In this document: piece after piece, positions 27,563 to 41,673 of the stretch
Layout of the letters: every line of letters begins with the position of its first letter
How positions within the stretch are numbered: the first letter of the stretch is position 1
Assembly (NCBI RefSeq): GCF_009914755.1
Contig: NC_060942.1
Origin: the human T2T-CHM13v2.0 reference genome, Homo sapiens
Length of the DNA: 64,000 bases
Strand: one strand, 5' to 3'
Notes under the pieces: generated by a model
Database searches by the model: none
What the model saw: only the letters and a program-made list of their open reading frames with translations
Told to the model about the DNA's origin: nothing
Translations under genes and position numbers: made by a program

Positions 27563-29103
27563 GACCATTCTCTACACAAGGCAGAGACAGAAGATACATG
27601 ATGAGGAAGTGGTTGGTGGTGCCAAGCCACTGAAGGTCAAAGGGCGCTTGGTGTTGCCTTCTAAAGGATATTTTCTTGAATCCAAGATTCCAATCAGAAG
27701 TCCAGAACCTGCTGCAAGAAGGAGGAGAAGGCTTGAAACTGGGATAAACAGAAGGAGGAAAAGTGTAAGTGAGAGTTTCTACAGAAACAGGGCAGGGGAA
27801 GAGCTGAATTTGTTCCAGAGAAATTCAGGGACAAGAAAGATGTGAAAAGAAAACGCCAATGTTGGGTTCATGAAGGCTCTGAATGGCTTCCCTATAGGAC
27901 TGAAGCAAAGGGCGTCGTAGGAGTCTGAGGCATGAAACAGTATATTCCACCAGAAGAATGTATGTCTTTGAAGTACCCTGCCCCACCCCCCCCCGAAAAA
28001 GGTCCATCGCAGACTATAGCTTTTGAAGAAAAAAGAAGGAAAAACTGGTGAAAGTGAATCAAAGGAAGTGATAAATCTGTCAGTGACCCTCTCCTGAAAC
28101 AAAGCACATGATGCTTAATTAATGCATTTAGCTGCCTGACCAGAGGAGCCTGGTAGTCAGGCCCACCTCCAGAGCCTCACCTAGTTCTGGAGCTCTTTGA
28201 AGATGAAAAGCACTTTTAAGTGTGGACTCGGACGATGACCACGAATGCTGTTAACTCCATGGGGAAAGAAATAAAAACACATATTAAATGTGTTATAATA
28301 CTTACGAGCACCCTTTGAAGGCAGTGTCCTCTAAACATAGGAAGGCATACATAAGGAAGTAGAGAAAAATGAGAAGGGGGTTGAGGGAGGTGGAGAGGCC
28401 AGGGCAGGCCTGGTAGGGGTGCTCTCTAATGCCACACACTGGACAGGGTGACAAAGAAGGCTTTAGGCAGAAGGAGGAGGGAACGGTGGGAGAGAGGACA
28501 CTACCAATATGAAATGTCAAGTGCCAGGAACTGAGAAGAGAAAACTAAGGCCACTCTGAGACTGGGCCATGTGAGAAGAAAAGAACTGTGTCATGGTGAG
28601 GTAGAAGTCATTAAATGTCTAGAGAAGGTTCATTACCCACATTTAAAGGCATCAAGCACCAAGACTTTACTACTAGCCTGGGAAAACAGTGAAAGGGGAC
28701 GTGAACAAGAAATTCTCAAAAAGCAGAACAGCGCTCCTGGATGAGAAACTCTGTAGAAGCTGAAAGCTGCTCCTCAATGGCCTTTCTCTCCCTGTCTTTC
28801 TCTCTCCTGCCTCTGTGTGTCTCTGCTATCTATCCAACACTCATCAAAGTTAGCTGAAATGACAATAGGCAATACTCAAAAATGAGGAAAAGCAAAAAGT
28901 GGCATCCAGAACAAAGGTAGGGACCTGTTTACATGAACCATGTGTATTAGTGTATTTCTTTTTCTTTTTTTTCCCCCACTTAGGGAGATTTCTAAGGTAG
29001 CAGATGGACCATTCAAAGACTTAGAAAACGAGGCCAAAGAGATGAATAAATGGTGAGAGTAATGAGTCTTGCTTTTAAATGGAATTCGTAATTTCTTTCT
29101 TTT

Positions 29104-29322
<219 letters not shown>

Positions 29323-29964
29323 AATTTATTTCTTTTAATTATTTGATTCAAGAACATAAGAGCATATCTGAAGTTTACTCATAAATTTGGGGAGACTTTC
29401 ATGCCATCGGACTAACCCCGCAGAGGAGAGCAAGAAGAGGCCAAGTGGTATGGCAGAAAGAACATGCAAGTGGCGGCCCCAAGCTCCAACTGCTTTTATT
29501 TGCTCCTCTGGGGACATTCAGCCTTGGCCTGTTACCAGATTCTGAGGTTCAGTTTTCCCATTTGTGTCAGAACTATGGTATCTCAAAGACTGGACTCAAG
29601 AAATCTCTTTTTCTGTATTGACATATCACCAATACTTTGTGAATAAAATTTTGGAGCTTTGCCATTTTCATTACCTCCTGATACCTGTTTCAAAAAAGTA
29701 CTGCTTTCCAGGTATCAGCTTATGAATCTGGGAGAAATCGCATCAGCTGTACTTAAGCCTTCCTTCTGCTAACTTCCTGGTCAAGACATTGTTGAGTTTG
29801 ACGCTTCTTTCTAGGCAGCCCCAGTACAGTTTCTTGGGATGAAGTATGTTCAAGGCACCTTTCCTATTCTACCCTAATAAAGTAAGTGGATAGGACCATC
29901 TCTCAAGTGTTCCTGGGCCACCTCTTCTTGTGTACCTTGGACACATCCATTGGGAAGGCCTCAG

Positions 29965-30185
29965 AGCATGGTGAGGCTAAGACCTGGGTGTAGACTAGGC
30001 CCTCTCATGCATCAGCCGTGCGGCTGGAGCAGATGTTACTCTTCTTGTGCCTCAGTTTTCTCATCTATGAAACAATCATAGTAAGTGTGCTTCAGAGAGT
30101 TGTGAGTGTTAGATAAAATAGTACATAAAAAACACTTAGCACTATGTCTGTTTTAGAGTGAAATCAATAAACGTAAACTATTATC
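29965..30185 (+). mobile_element. MIR SINE
   Basis: gacctgggt...tgtgcctcagttttctcatctatgaaa...cagagagttgtgag...aacacttagcac...tcaataaacgt. Confidence 0.8.
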
Positions 30186-30700
30186 ATAATGTCATTGTCA
30201 TTAATACAATTACCAGGAGCTTATTACATAATGAGTAGCCACAAATTAAATTCTGCTCACTGCTCTCGTTGTTCATGACTCAGATGTTTTTTACATCCCC
30301 TTTCTGATTCTTATTGCTGGGTAGTTTTTTTTTTAATTAAAATATAACAAGCCAGATATTGTTTAACGATAACAGTTAATTCAGAAGAATTATTTTTTCT
30401 CTTTTTTAAACACTTTAATTCATTCCACCTACCTTTATATTGGGGTCCTCAGGGTTAATTAGGAGCAACTTTGTACTTGGATAGTTGGTTAATCACCAAG
30501 AAGAATGCTGGAAGAAAGCTACTCATATGCTTTTCATCTCAGCATCCAATTCCCAGGAAACCTGGAAAAAACCATTTTACTTGTCTAAGGCCACCTACAG
30601 TATTAGGTAATTATTAAAGCTGATTGCATATCAGAGCCTAAATACAGTGCTGCAGAACCGTGCTCCCCTCATGCTCCCCTCACGGCAAATGAATCAGAGA

Positions 30701-30843
30701 CGCTGCCATGTATTTTTGAAGAGTAAATCTTTGTGCTAATTAATTATATTAATATCAACATGTTGATATTGATATAATTAGCACAGTGGATGACACTGAT
30801 ATAATTAGCACAAATATTTACTCTTCAAAAATAAGTGGCAGTG
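30701..30843. repeat. Nested inverted repeat (42-bp outer arms, 40-bp inner palindrome)
   Basis: 30701-30742 vs 30802-30843 pair at 38/42. 30741-30780 is a palindrome with 1 mismatch and no spacer. A small hairpin cagtg-gatga-cactg lies inside. Confidence 0.92.
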
Positions 30844-32821
30844 CATATGCATATAATAACGTTAATAATAATACTGAGCTGTTATAGCATCACTTTCTCT
30901 GAGGAGTTTACAAAATACATAAATAGTAAATAATTAAAACTCAAACTCCGTTGAGAGCTTTGATAGCATCATTGAGCAAAGTTGAAGGGGTTTATGCAGT
31001 CAGAGTAACCTCATAAATACATTCTGACAGGGGCATTTTTTGCCCGAACAGAAGTGACTCTCTAAGCAGCTATCAGTAGGCCTAAAACTAAGAGATATAC
31101 CAAATTCTGTAACTGAATTGAAACTGAATAGGGCCCTGTCTCTTTCTTTACTCTGATTCATGTTCAACTAATCTAAAACCACAATTATTTTATTCTAACA
31201 TGAAACAGAATTGGGTAAAAGCAAGGATGTTGGGATACAAGACAGAAAATATATTCAGGTGTCCTTGTCCGCAGCGTCTTTTACGTAGAAAGACCATGGT
31301 CTTGCTAAATCTATCCAGAGGCCATCTCTCTTTTGTTTGAAAATGTAGACTCCACACCTCATCACATAATTATATGTGGTACCATGAGAAGAGAGGTGGC
31401 ATGGTGCCTAATGGTTCCATTGGCACTCTGCTGTCAGGAGCGATGAGAACCAACTTTCCCACTGTGTTTGTGATGGGAGATATTAATCTCAACCAATTTC
31501 TTATTTCTTTATTTCTGAGAACAGGCTAATTGAGTTTCACATTCTCTTACCATTACAAGTATATTTACTGCCACCAGCACAGCATATATGCACAGAAACA
31601 CACACATACATATCTGCACATGCAAACAGATAAACATCACACACAAAACAAAACATAACTGTGAGTTCCAATGAACCCATTGATAAGCATGAAAGATACA
31701 GGCCAGGAGACTTTTAAAATATGTCGCATTTACAGAACATTGTGCTTACTGGCAAACATCGGAAAAGTAAAATTGGCTTCATGGACTGACAGAAAGAGAC
31801 ATTAGTTATTTTAACCCTCTTTTCCTCTAAGCACTAACTTCTATAATAGAGCATCCCAGATGTTTTGCTTCTTAGTGCCTCTTTGGATGTGAAGATTGCA
31901 CAGCAGGAGGCAACATCTGGGGGAGAAAGGAGAGATTGTGTAAGAGACTTAGGATATTGGTGCGCACCCGGTTGTGATTCTTGGATATGTTTCAGAGAAT
32001 TTTTTAAAAAGGCAGCCTCCATTGTAATTATCATTTATAATTAATTTCTGGGTGCAATAGCAGAAGAGTATTTCAATATTCCAGTTTTCTAGAGAAAAAG
32101 GATTTTTCTTGCATTTATGCAGATTTAGAATTTCAGCTGCAAATTGACCTCCTTACCACAAACCATATTGTTTTGCAACCTCTTAATACATAAAACTGTT
32201 TTGGTCCTTCAGTGAAAGATGTCATTTTTACCATAATGAGAAAAACTGGAAAGTCTCAGCATCTCATGAACGTCATTGCTCAGACAGTGCTTGGTTCAGG
32301 GAGGGTTTGAGGTTCAATCCTGATGCTTATGATTGTCTCATTTCACTCTGACATCATAATTGAGACTAATCTCCACTGATTTTTTTCCCTTACGTTCGTT
32401 CTTGCTTTCAAGTTTAATCATCCACTACAATTTGGACATAACAGCAGTGGAATGGGTGTTTTCTGAAAAACACACATTGGAATCATTTTGCATTGTAGCT
32501 TCAGTTCATGATGTTTTGCTAAGCAGGTATCCAAAGGCACACACTGAAATCATTTTGCCAGCATACTCTTGCCTTTTAATAGCTTCCTAACAGGGTATCT
32601 GAAGAAACACTCTTGAAACATTTTGCCCTCCTAATTTTATGTTGTAATGACATCAAAATGTCATAAAGCAATTACCGTCCCAAGCACAATGATCTTTAGA
32701 AGTTACTTTCTCTATAGGCTCATTAACTCCTTTCTAGCTTTAATATCTTGATTGTTTAAAAAAATGTTTAATACTAATTGAGAGGCTTCATTTAGAACTG
32801 AATACCATTTATTTAGCACCA

Positions 32822-32831
32822 TCTCTCTCTT

Positions 32832-32862
<31 letters not shown>

Positions 32863-32872
32863 CCCCTCTCTC
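32822..32872. repeat. Compound (CT)n/(CTGT)n microsatellite
   Basis: Directly visible. Confidence 0.85.
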
Positions 32873-35596
32873 AACCAAATTGGACTAAGCTGACAGAACC
32901 CTATATTTATAGATACACACACACCTTCTGACTGCTCCAGTTAAGATTCAAAGTGGAACTGATCTGGTACAAAGCAAAAATCAGCCTAGTGGATTGCTTT
33001 GGAGTCAAAGGAAACAGTAGATAGTGGCTGTGTCCTTGGCAGTGAGCACATCCCAAAGTTTCTGCACTGCCTGAAAAACGTGAGGCTGGGTACTCATTAT
33101 GGGGTCTGGAAGAAATGTGAGATGCTTAACTGGAGAAGTTCTACGTGGCAACACGACCATCTGATTCCAACCACACTTAGTTCTAATGACTGAGATCCAC
33201 CAGGTATATTTCTCCAAATAAAAATGCTAAATCAAGGGAACAAACAATGATGCACTGGATTCAGTTATTCTGTGATATAGGCTGTGATTTGCAGCTATAC
33301 CCTCCTGAAACATCTGTAGGAAGAGTTAAAGCTTAAGTTTTCCTCTGGGCCATTTGAAATAAGTAAAGAATAGCCACCAACCTCTATCACCTTTTCTAAT
33401 ATAAACATTAAAACAAATGTGCTTGTCTCACATGTGCCAGATAATATTCATAACTTAACCTTTAACTGTCTGAGCACATTCTTATCTGGATAATGGAAGG
33501 GTTGGAAATGAGCTCAACAAATTTGCACAACACAATGCCAAGGATGTAATGGCCTCTCTACTCCAATCAAGAGATAAGATGGTCTCTGACTTTTTCTATA
33601 GACTCTCTGTCCATGACTAAACAACATAGCTCTGTTCTTGCCAAATATTTTTTTTTCTGTTTTAAGCATCCTCAAAGGTGACCCATAGAGTTCTAGCAAC
33701 CAGTTTGATCATAGAAAAGAGGCAGAATGATTGGTTCAGATGTCTGAAAGTAAAGCTAAAACTGGGAGGAGCTACTTGGTTAATAATAAATAACAAGAAA
33801 GATAGATGAATAAAAATAAACATCTTAATGATTTACCATTGCTATGAAACCAATAGGCTGGTAATCCAATCCGATATCTGCAAATTTGTATAATCCTCAG
33901 GGCAAAACAATTTAATGGGCTGTCTCTTTTATAGTTACAAAAGGCCTTTCATGTGATCAATTATACATAAGAGTACAATAAATGTAACTTTCTTCATACT
34001 AATCACATCTAACTTAAATTCTCCTGTTGGTCTTTGGAGTGTATGTGGCGTTCCCAATAAAGTTTTTAGTTCTGACTCTTACCAAAAGTTAATCTGCCCA
34101 GAACTTCCAAATAAATCCTCAGTATGAGAGCCTTTTTTTTCACACTAAATAAAACTGTTCAAACAATACGGTTTGTTAGAAAACTGCCACCTCCTCCTGT
34201 TCTGGCCCCTTCCTCGACACAACAATCCTGCTGCCTCTGTAAGCCAGTGGGCAGTGGGGGGTTGGTTTGATTGTTTTTCTTCTGTTTGGTTTTGTTTGTA
34301 TTTTGTTGAAAAGGCAGCCTAACACTGTGTTAACACCGTCACCTGAGGCTAACAAAACTTGGCTAAGAGATGGAGATTTCCAGTCCTCACTCCAGTGACA
34401 GGTCCCAGAAGGCCCTCAGACCCTCCCAGATTCGTATAAAGTCTAAATTCCCATCTGTTTTATTATACGTTTAATTGGTTTGCTCCTCTATGGAACAGGA
34501 AAGTAAAATGAAACCCCTCATCATGTGCCACTTAAGTTAGGGGTAAAGGTCACGCTGACTCTCAAAGAAGTGTAAAAAATAAGAAATGACTAAATTCCTC
34601 CCAGTTGCCTAAGTCAATCAGTTGATGCCTGACTCTGAGTTGGTTGATTCAATAAATTGGTTTTTTAGCTACTATTAAGTACCAGAAACTATTCTAGATG
34701 CTGTAGATATGGTTATAAGTAAGAATTAACTCTGTATTTGCTTCCAAGAGTAGAATGGACTTTAAGACCTCCCCTGTTCCTAGACACACGATATACAATT
34801 CATTTCACAATGGGAAGCATCTCAGGACATAAAGTATAGGACTGAGGAAAAGAATAGAGAACATCAGTGGGTTATTTTCTTCAAGCATCCAAGAAGAAAA
34901 GGAAAGGTTTCTCAGAAAGGAGATTTCTTAAGGTCCTAGTTGGGGGATTACTTAATCCCTAGAGGACCCATTTTGGAGTTACACATCCTGAGAAAGTTGC
35001 ATGTATGTGAATGTTTAGGAAAATCCAGGCCTAACTACTAAAATAAAAGGTGAGAGAGTTTGTGTGTTTGTGTGTGTGTATTGTTTGCCCAAGAGTACCT
35101 AAGAAAACATATTCTGAAGGCTCACTTGCTGCCTGCTCCATGATTGTGGCCTTTCAAGTGTGGTTTGCTAAAGAAATCAGGCACAGTACAGCAAATTGGA
35201 AAAATGAACTGGAACATCATAATCTACCTCAGCTAGAGCAAAGAAAAAGGCATCTGGTAGACCACTTGGAAGCCAGCCAATGACGAAGACTTCAATTAAA
35301 ATAAAGAACGTGTCCTCAGGAGAGCATCTCCGAGCTCAAGAAGTTATAAGTCCAGTGAGCTACTTGAAAGCCAACTACTAGAAAAAGCCATTTTCAAATA
35401 AAACAACCAAAGTGAGCAGGCTTTGAATTCTTCCAAGAAACCTCTTTCTGCATGTCTGTCCTAACTAATGATTTAATAGGAGTTAGACAGGCCACTACTC
35501 AATGCTGGAAACAGGCTGTTATACAAGAAGAGAAGCTATAGGTCTGCCTGTAATGTTTCTGGGGAAATTCAAATATTAGCATCAAGTTACAGGGGG

Positions 35597-35845
35597 TGCT
35601 ATGGTGTGGCAGAGGGTGAGCTGGACTAGGAATTAGCAGACCTGGGTTCCAGTTCCAGCTTTGCCACTTTTTACTTGTGAGCCTTAGGCAGGAGACTTCA
35701 TCCTTGTGGGTCTCAGTTTCCTCAGCTGAAAATGAGGTTACTAAAACCTGCATCATAGAAATAAAGGGAGAAGTACATGAAATATTCCATGGAGAGATGC
35801 TTAACACTAGTGCCTGGCATATAAAATGCTTACAACATGTTAGTT
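35597..35845 (+). mobile_element. MIR SINE
   Basis: agcagacctgggttccagttccagctttgccact...tctcagtttcctcagctgaaaatgagg...gtgcctggcatat. Confidence 0.88.
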
Positions 35846-36341
35846 AAGGAGTATAAACCTGATAAAAGATAAAAATCATCTTTGCTAAAAATCAGCTATT
35901 GATGTTCATATTAGAGTAATGGAATCTGATATAAAGAGCATATATGAAATAAATACTCTAACCCTTAAGATAATGTTGTGTTTTCCTGAAGAAGAATCAT
36001 GTGACTATGGAAGGGACAAAAATAATTTTGTAGAGTCCCAGCAACAGAAACAACTGGACACCAAGGCATCGAATCTCCACTCAATAAAAGAAATAAAGGG
36101 TCGGTGGTTGCAAATGTAATGAGGGTTCTGTAGAATGAAGTTGCACAGAAATTTTCAATAGACATGCAGTCTACTTACTTCTTGGTATATCAATAACAGA
36201 GTTTTTTGTTAATATTCTTGATATAAAATTTTTAACAAGACCATTTCTCTATTATAATTATTCCCAGAAATGCCAGTAACCATGAAGTTAAACATCTGAA
36301 TGAATTCAAGAGAATTAGCATAGATTATGACCCTAACTCTT

Positions 36342-37972
36342 TTAAAAAATTTATTTTAATTGACATAAAAACTGTTTATCATGTATAACATGTTATTCTA
36401 AAACATAGTTAATTATTGTATATGGTATGAGATGAGGGTCTAACTTTATTCCTTTGCATGTAAATATCCAGTTGCCCAAACACCATTTCCACATTGTTTA
36501 ATGGTTAAGTCTACCTAATTAATGTGTGCATTACTGCGCATACTTATTTTTTTGTGATGAGAACACTTAAAATCTACTTTCCTAGCAATTTTCAAGAATA
36601 TAATACATTGTTATTAACTATAGTCACCATGTTGTATGATAGATCTCTTAAGTTTATTCTTCTTATCTAACTTTATTCTTTTGCATGTAGATATCCAGTT
36701 GCCTAAACATGATTTAGACACTGTAAAACGTATATTTTGGATATTAACCCCTTAATATCCAAATGTGTAAGGGGTTTTTGGATGTAAACCCTTAATATCC
36801 AAATCTCCAGAGGTATGGTTTGCAAATATTTTCTCCCATCCTGTAGATTGTCTTTTCACTCTGTTGATTGTTTCCTTGGCTGTGCAGAAGTTTTTTAGTG
36901 TGATATAATCCATTTGTCTTTTGCTTTTATTTTGGGGTTCATATTTTAAAAAATCATTACTCAGACCAGTGATATGGAAATTTTCCCCTATGCTTTCTTC
37001 TAGAAGTTTTATAGTTTCAGGTCTTACATTTTGTCTTTAATCCATTTTGAATTAATTTTTATATCTGGTGTGAGATGAGAGTCTAACTTTATTCTTCTGC
37101 ATTTGGATATCCAGTTGTCTAAACACTATTTATTGAAGAAACTCTCCTTTCCCTATTGTGTTTTCTGGCATCTTTGTCAAAAATCAATTCGCTATAAAGG
37201 CATGGGTTTATTTCTGGGCTCTTTATTCCATTCCATTGGTCTACTTGTCTCTTTTTATGCCAATACCATGCTGTTTATGCTGTTTGGATTATTAAAGCTT
37301 TGTAGTATATTTTGGAGTCAGGTTATGTGATACCTCTAGCTTTGTTTTTTGGGGTTTTTGTTTTGTTTTGTTTTGTTTTGCTCAAGATTACTTTGGCTAT
37401 TCAGGGTCTTTTGTAGTTCCACATAAATTTTAGGATTTTTTCTATTTCTGTGAAAAATGTCATTGGGATTTTGATAGGGATGGTTTTGAGTTTTTAGATC
37501 ACTTTGGGTAATATAGACATGTTAACAATATTAATTCTTCCAATTCATGAACATGGTATGTCTTTCCACTTATTTGTTCCTTCATTTATTTTTATCAATA
37601 TTTTATGGTTTTCAGTCTTTCTTTCACATCCTTGGTTAAATTTATTCCTTTTCTTTTTTTTCTTTTTTTCCTTAGATGGAGTCTCGCTCTGTCACCAGGC
37701 TGGAGTACAGTGGCGTGATTTTGCTCACTTCAACCTCCGCCTCCCGGGTTCAAGCAATTCTCCTGCCTCAGCTTCCTGAGTAGCTGAGTAGGTGGGCATG
37801 CGCCACCCTGCCCAGCTAATTTTTGTATTTTTAGTACAGACAGGGTTTCACCGTGTTGGCCAGATAGTCTCAATCTCTTGACCTCGTGATCCACCCACCT
37901 CAGCCTCCCAAAGTGCTGGGATTACAGGCATGAGCCACCATGCCCGGCCGGTTAAATTTATTCCTAAGTGTT
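36342..37972 (-). mobile_element. Truncated old L1 (L1MA-like 3' end plus ORF2 remnant), rearranged and interrupted by an Alu
   Basis: 3' end ...gagaacacttaaaatctac...tagtcaccatgttgta...agatctct. ORF2 antisense motifs tttgcaaatattttctccc, ttttccccta, tggctattcagggtcttttg. Possible TSD ttatgaccctaactctt / ttatgcctgtaactctt. Confidence 0.9.
37650..37949 (-). mobile_element. AluSc-like, inserted in the L1
   Basis: ctgtcaccaggc and tctcttgacctcgtgatcc diagnostics. Perfect 16-bp TSD ggttaaatttattcct (37634-37649 / 37950-37965). Confidence 0.96.
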
Positions 37973-38129
37973 ATGCCTGTAACTCTTGAAAAAGTAATTC
38001 TTAAATAAACATCAATTAATATTCTAGAGATAATTTGTTCATTGAGACTTTTTTATTCACTAAGCACAAACAAAACCCATCTCTGCCAGGCCTTCTGTAT
38101 TATTATAACATTTAAATTGATCTGTGTTT

Positions 38130-38272
38130 GTGTATCTTTCTCTTCAGCCAGTCAGGAGTGTCTTGTAAGTAGAGGATGACTGTTACTCCTCTTTAAATCT
38201 TCAGCTACTATCAGAAAGACTGGCATATAGTATATACAAAAAAAAAAAAATGTTCAATGAATGAATGAAAGA
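38130..38272 (+). mobile_element. L2 3' end fragment
   Basis: ...actggcatatag...aatgttcaatgaatgaatgaa. Confidence 0.6.
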
Positions 38273-39444
38273 ATTCACCAGGAGCAATGCCTTGGAGCGG
38301 GATATATAAGTTTTGTAGCTTGTATATCTAGATAAGGGCTGGGGAAGGGGAGGAAAGGGGCATTAACAGAAGGTAAATGATAGAAATAGACTCACCTTAT
38401 ACTTCAGAGTTTAGCTTGGAGGAGATGGTCCTTACATTCCCAAATCCAAACAATTGCTTTATTGGGCTGCTGACCCCAGGAAAGATAAAGTTCATTAGTA
38501 AACACTGTCTTCCTATTTGAAAACTGATGGATAAAGTCTGAAATAAAGGTAGGCCAACTATGACTCCCAAAACTAATGACTGCTGATTACAATAGAAGAA
38601 ATCCCCCATCCCCTGCTACAGAGACAGCCTGCCCTCCAGCAGATGTGGAGGAATAATGCCTTTGCTCTCTTGGGAGATTCAGAGGGATCTGAAAACTGTC
38701 AGGCCTTGAGAAGTGGGAGTAGGTTTTTTGTGAAGCCAAGGATATGTGGATTCCAGGAGTCTGTGCCAGAGAACCAGGGCCTGACAAAGAAAATCCCCTT
38801 AAAAGTGGTAAGAGAAAAGAAACCAAAACCAAAACATGAATAAAAAGCACAGAAAAAAAATGGAAGAAGCTAGTTTTTTCGCCAGCTTTGCAACTGTACT
38901 GAATAAATTTGTGAATAATAAGAAGAGGAGGAAGTCTAGGATCCTGATTTGATAAGGCCTTGTAAACATGTCTCTCATTGTTACCTTTCTCTTCTGACTT
39001 TTAATGGAGAGAAGCACATATAATAAATGAGTCTGCATCATCAGATGGAGTATTAGCATTTTGGCTGATTTCTTCCTAATGCTTTAACACACAACTTCAG
39101 TTCAAAGAAGCCACATGTGCAGATGCCTTTTCCACAAGAAAGAAAATTGAGAGAGAATAGAGGCATTGTCCATCCCACTGCCATAACCTTTCACAGCCAG
39201 AGATCATAAAAGCCCTTACTGTTGGCCAAATGCTGGTCCCTTCATCTGGGAGTGGGCAGCACTTTGAGGAGGAAGGGAAGATGAAGGTTTCTCTAGGGTA
39301 TCTCATTATCACACCAATTGGAAGGCCACCCTGAAAGTGAGACTCTACAGTGCCCAATACACACACATGGAATTCACTAATGAACTTGTCTTTTCTATGA
39401 AAGTCCCCTTCACTCTGTTTTGTCTTAAAACCACACTACCTGCA

Positions 39445-39665
39445 GCACTGGAGAACAGAAAGGAGCCACACAGTTCTGGGGTCTGACCCTGGCTTTGCCC
39501 TTCACTGGCTGCCCCAACTTAGACAAGTTCATTACCTTCTCTAAGGTTGTTCAATCTTTCTAAAGAATACAGAGTGTGTTACCTCTCTTAAGGGTCACCT
39601 AGAGGATTGAATGAGCGAGCCTGTGTGAAAGTGCCTGGCAGGTGGTGAAAACTTAATTAATATGA
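39445..39665 (+). mobile_element. MIR SINE
   Basis: ccctggctttgcc...cttagacaagttc...gaggattgaatgag...gtgtgaaagtgcctggca. Confidence 0.75.
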
Positions 39666-39852
39666 GTTTCCTTGATGCTCTTATTCCAGAGCAGAACTAC
39701 TCACCAAGGGGACCTGTCAGGCTTAGCCTCTTTATTCCACATTTCTCCCCACTCACCACAGTAGCTTGGCCAATATTATGGGACAGAAGTTACCTAGTCC
39801 ATGATGCCAAATCTCATGTCATTTTCTAGAATGTCTATTATGAAGTTTGTGA

Positions 39853-40448
<596 letters not shown>

Positions 40449-40699
40449 TCAGCTTCAGGTAAGTATGGCAGAGCTACAAAACCCAACACCATCCATGATT
40501 TTGGAATTCTCTTGGCTCTTGAAAATAACATGAATAGTAATAGCAACAATAATGAAATTCTGCTACTTTTAGTAGCTTATAAGTAAGTTAAATAGTTTGC
40601 TAGGAATCTTATGTAATAATTATAACTTAAAGGAGTTATTATTTTTGAGCAGTTATGTGCCATTGTAATGTGTATTATCTAAGAACAAGCATATAAATA

Positions 40700-40880
40700 A
40701 TAATAGCTAATATTCACTTAAGCTCTTAAAATCTGCCTGGCACTCCCTCCCCCCTTGTATAGGAAGTTAGGCTCCAAGAAGGAAGCGACTTGCTTAAGGC
40801 TACGCAGCTCATAACTGGCAAAGCTGGGATATCAATTTAGGACTAATTCCAAAGGGTGTGCTTTTAGTCACTATACCTTG
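40700..40880 (-). mobile_element. MIR fragment
   Basis: taatagctaatattcacttaagc...gacttgcttaaggctacgcagctcataactggcaaagctgggat. Confidence 0.7.
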
Positions 40881-41237
40881 CTCCTTTTGTGAGAAATCAG
40901 TTTCAGGTGAGATAACCTCAGAGCATGGAATGTTCCCAGAGCCATAGAATGACCCTGGAGATAAAGGGCTGCCTTAAATCAGATAGTATCTACTTTGGCC
41001 CACTCTAAATTTAGGGCCTCTGAACGCCCCTGCTCTTCAATCTGCACCCTCAAAAACATGCCCCTTAAGGGAGTGGCTACAATCTGAGAGTGTTGTGTCC
41101 CTTGATCCAGCCCAGGATTAGACATCATAGATTTGTTTTGGGTGAATACCCTTTCTTATTTCCCAGCCACAACCAACCAACCTACTGTGGGACCTGGGAC
41201 TGCATCCTGGGAGGACTGTTTTAAGGAGTAACTTTTG

Positions 41238-41570
<333 letters not shown>

Positions 41571-41593
41571 AGGATTAACTTTAGCAATGGCAG

Positions 41594-41673
41594 AGGTGCA
41601 GTCACTTATAATTGTAAATTCCAGGACCTGGAGTAGGTGCAGTCACTTATAATTGTAACTTCCAGGATCTTGA
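41594..41673. repeat. 41-bp tandem duplication
   Basis: aggtgcagtcacttataattgtaa(a/c)ttccagga at 41594 and 41635. Confidence 0.92.

Noticed and set aside
27312-27845. K/R/E-rich and F/L/S-rich ORFs
   Set aside because: Translation of a GA-rich low-complexity tract.
37103-37779. ORFs within the L1
   Set aside because: Antisense frames of a degenerate L1 ORF2 remnant; no intact reverse transcriptase.
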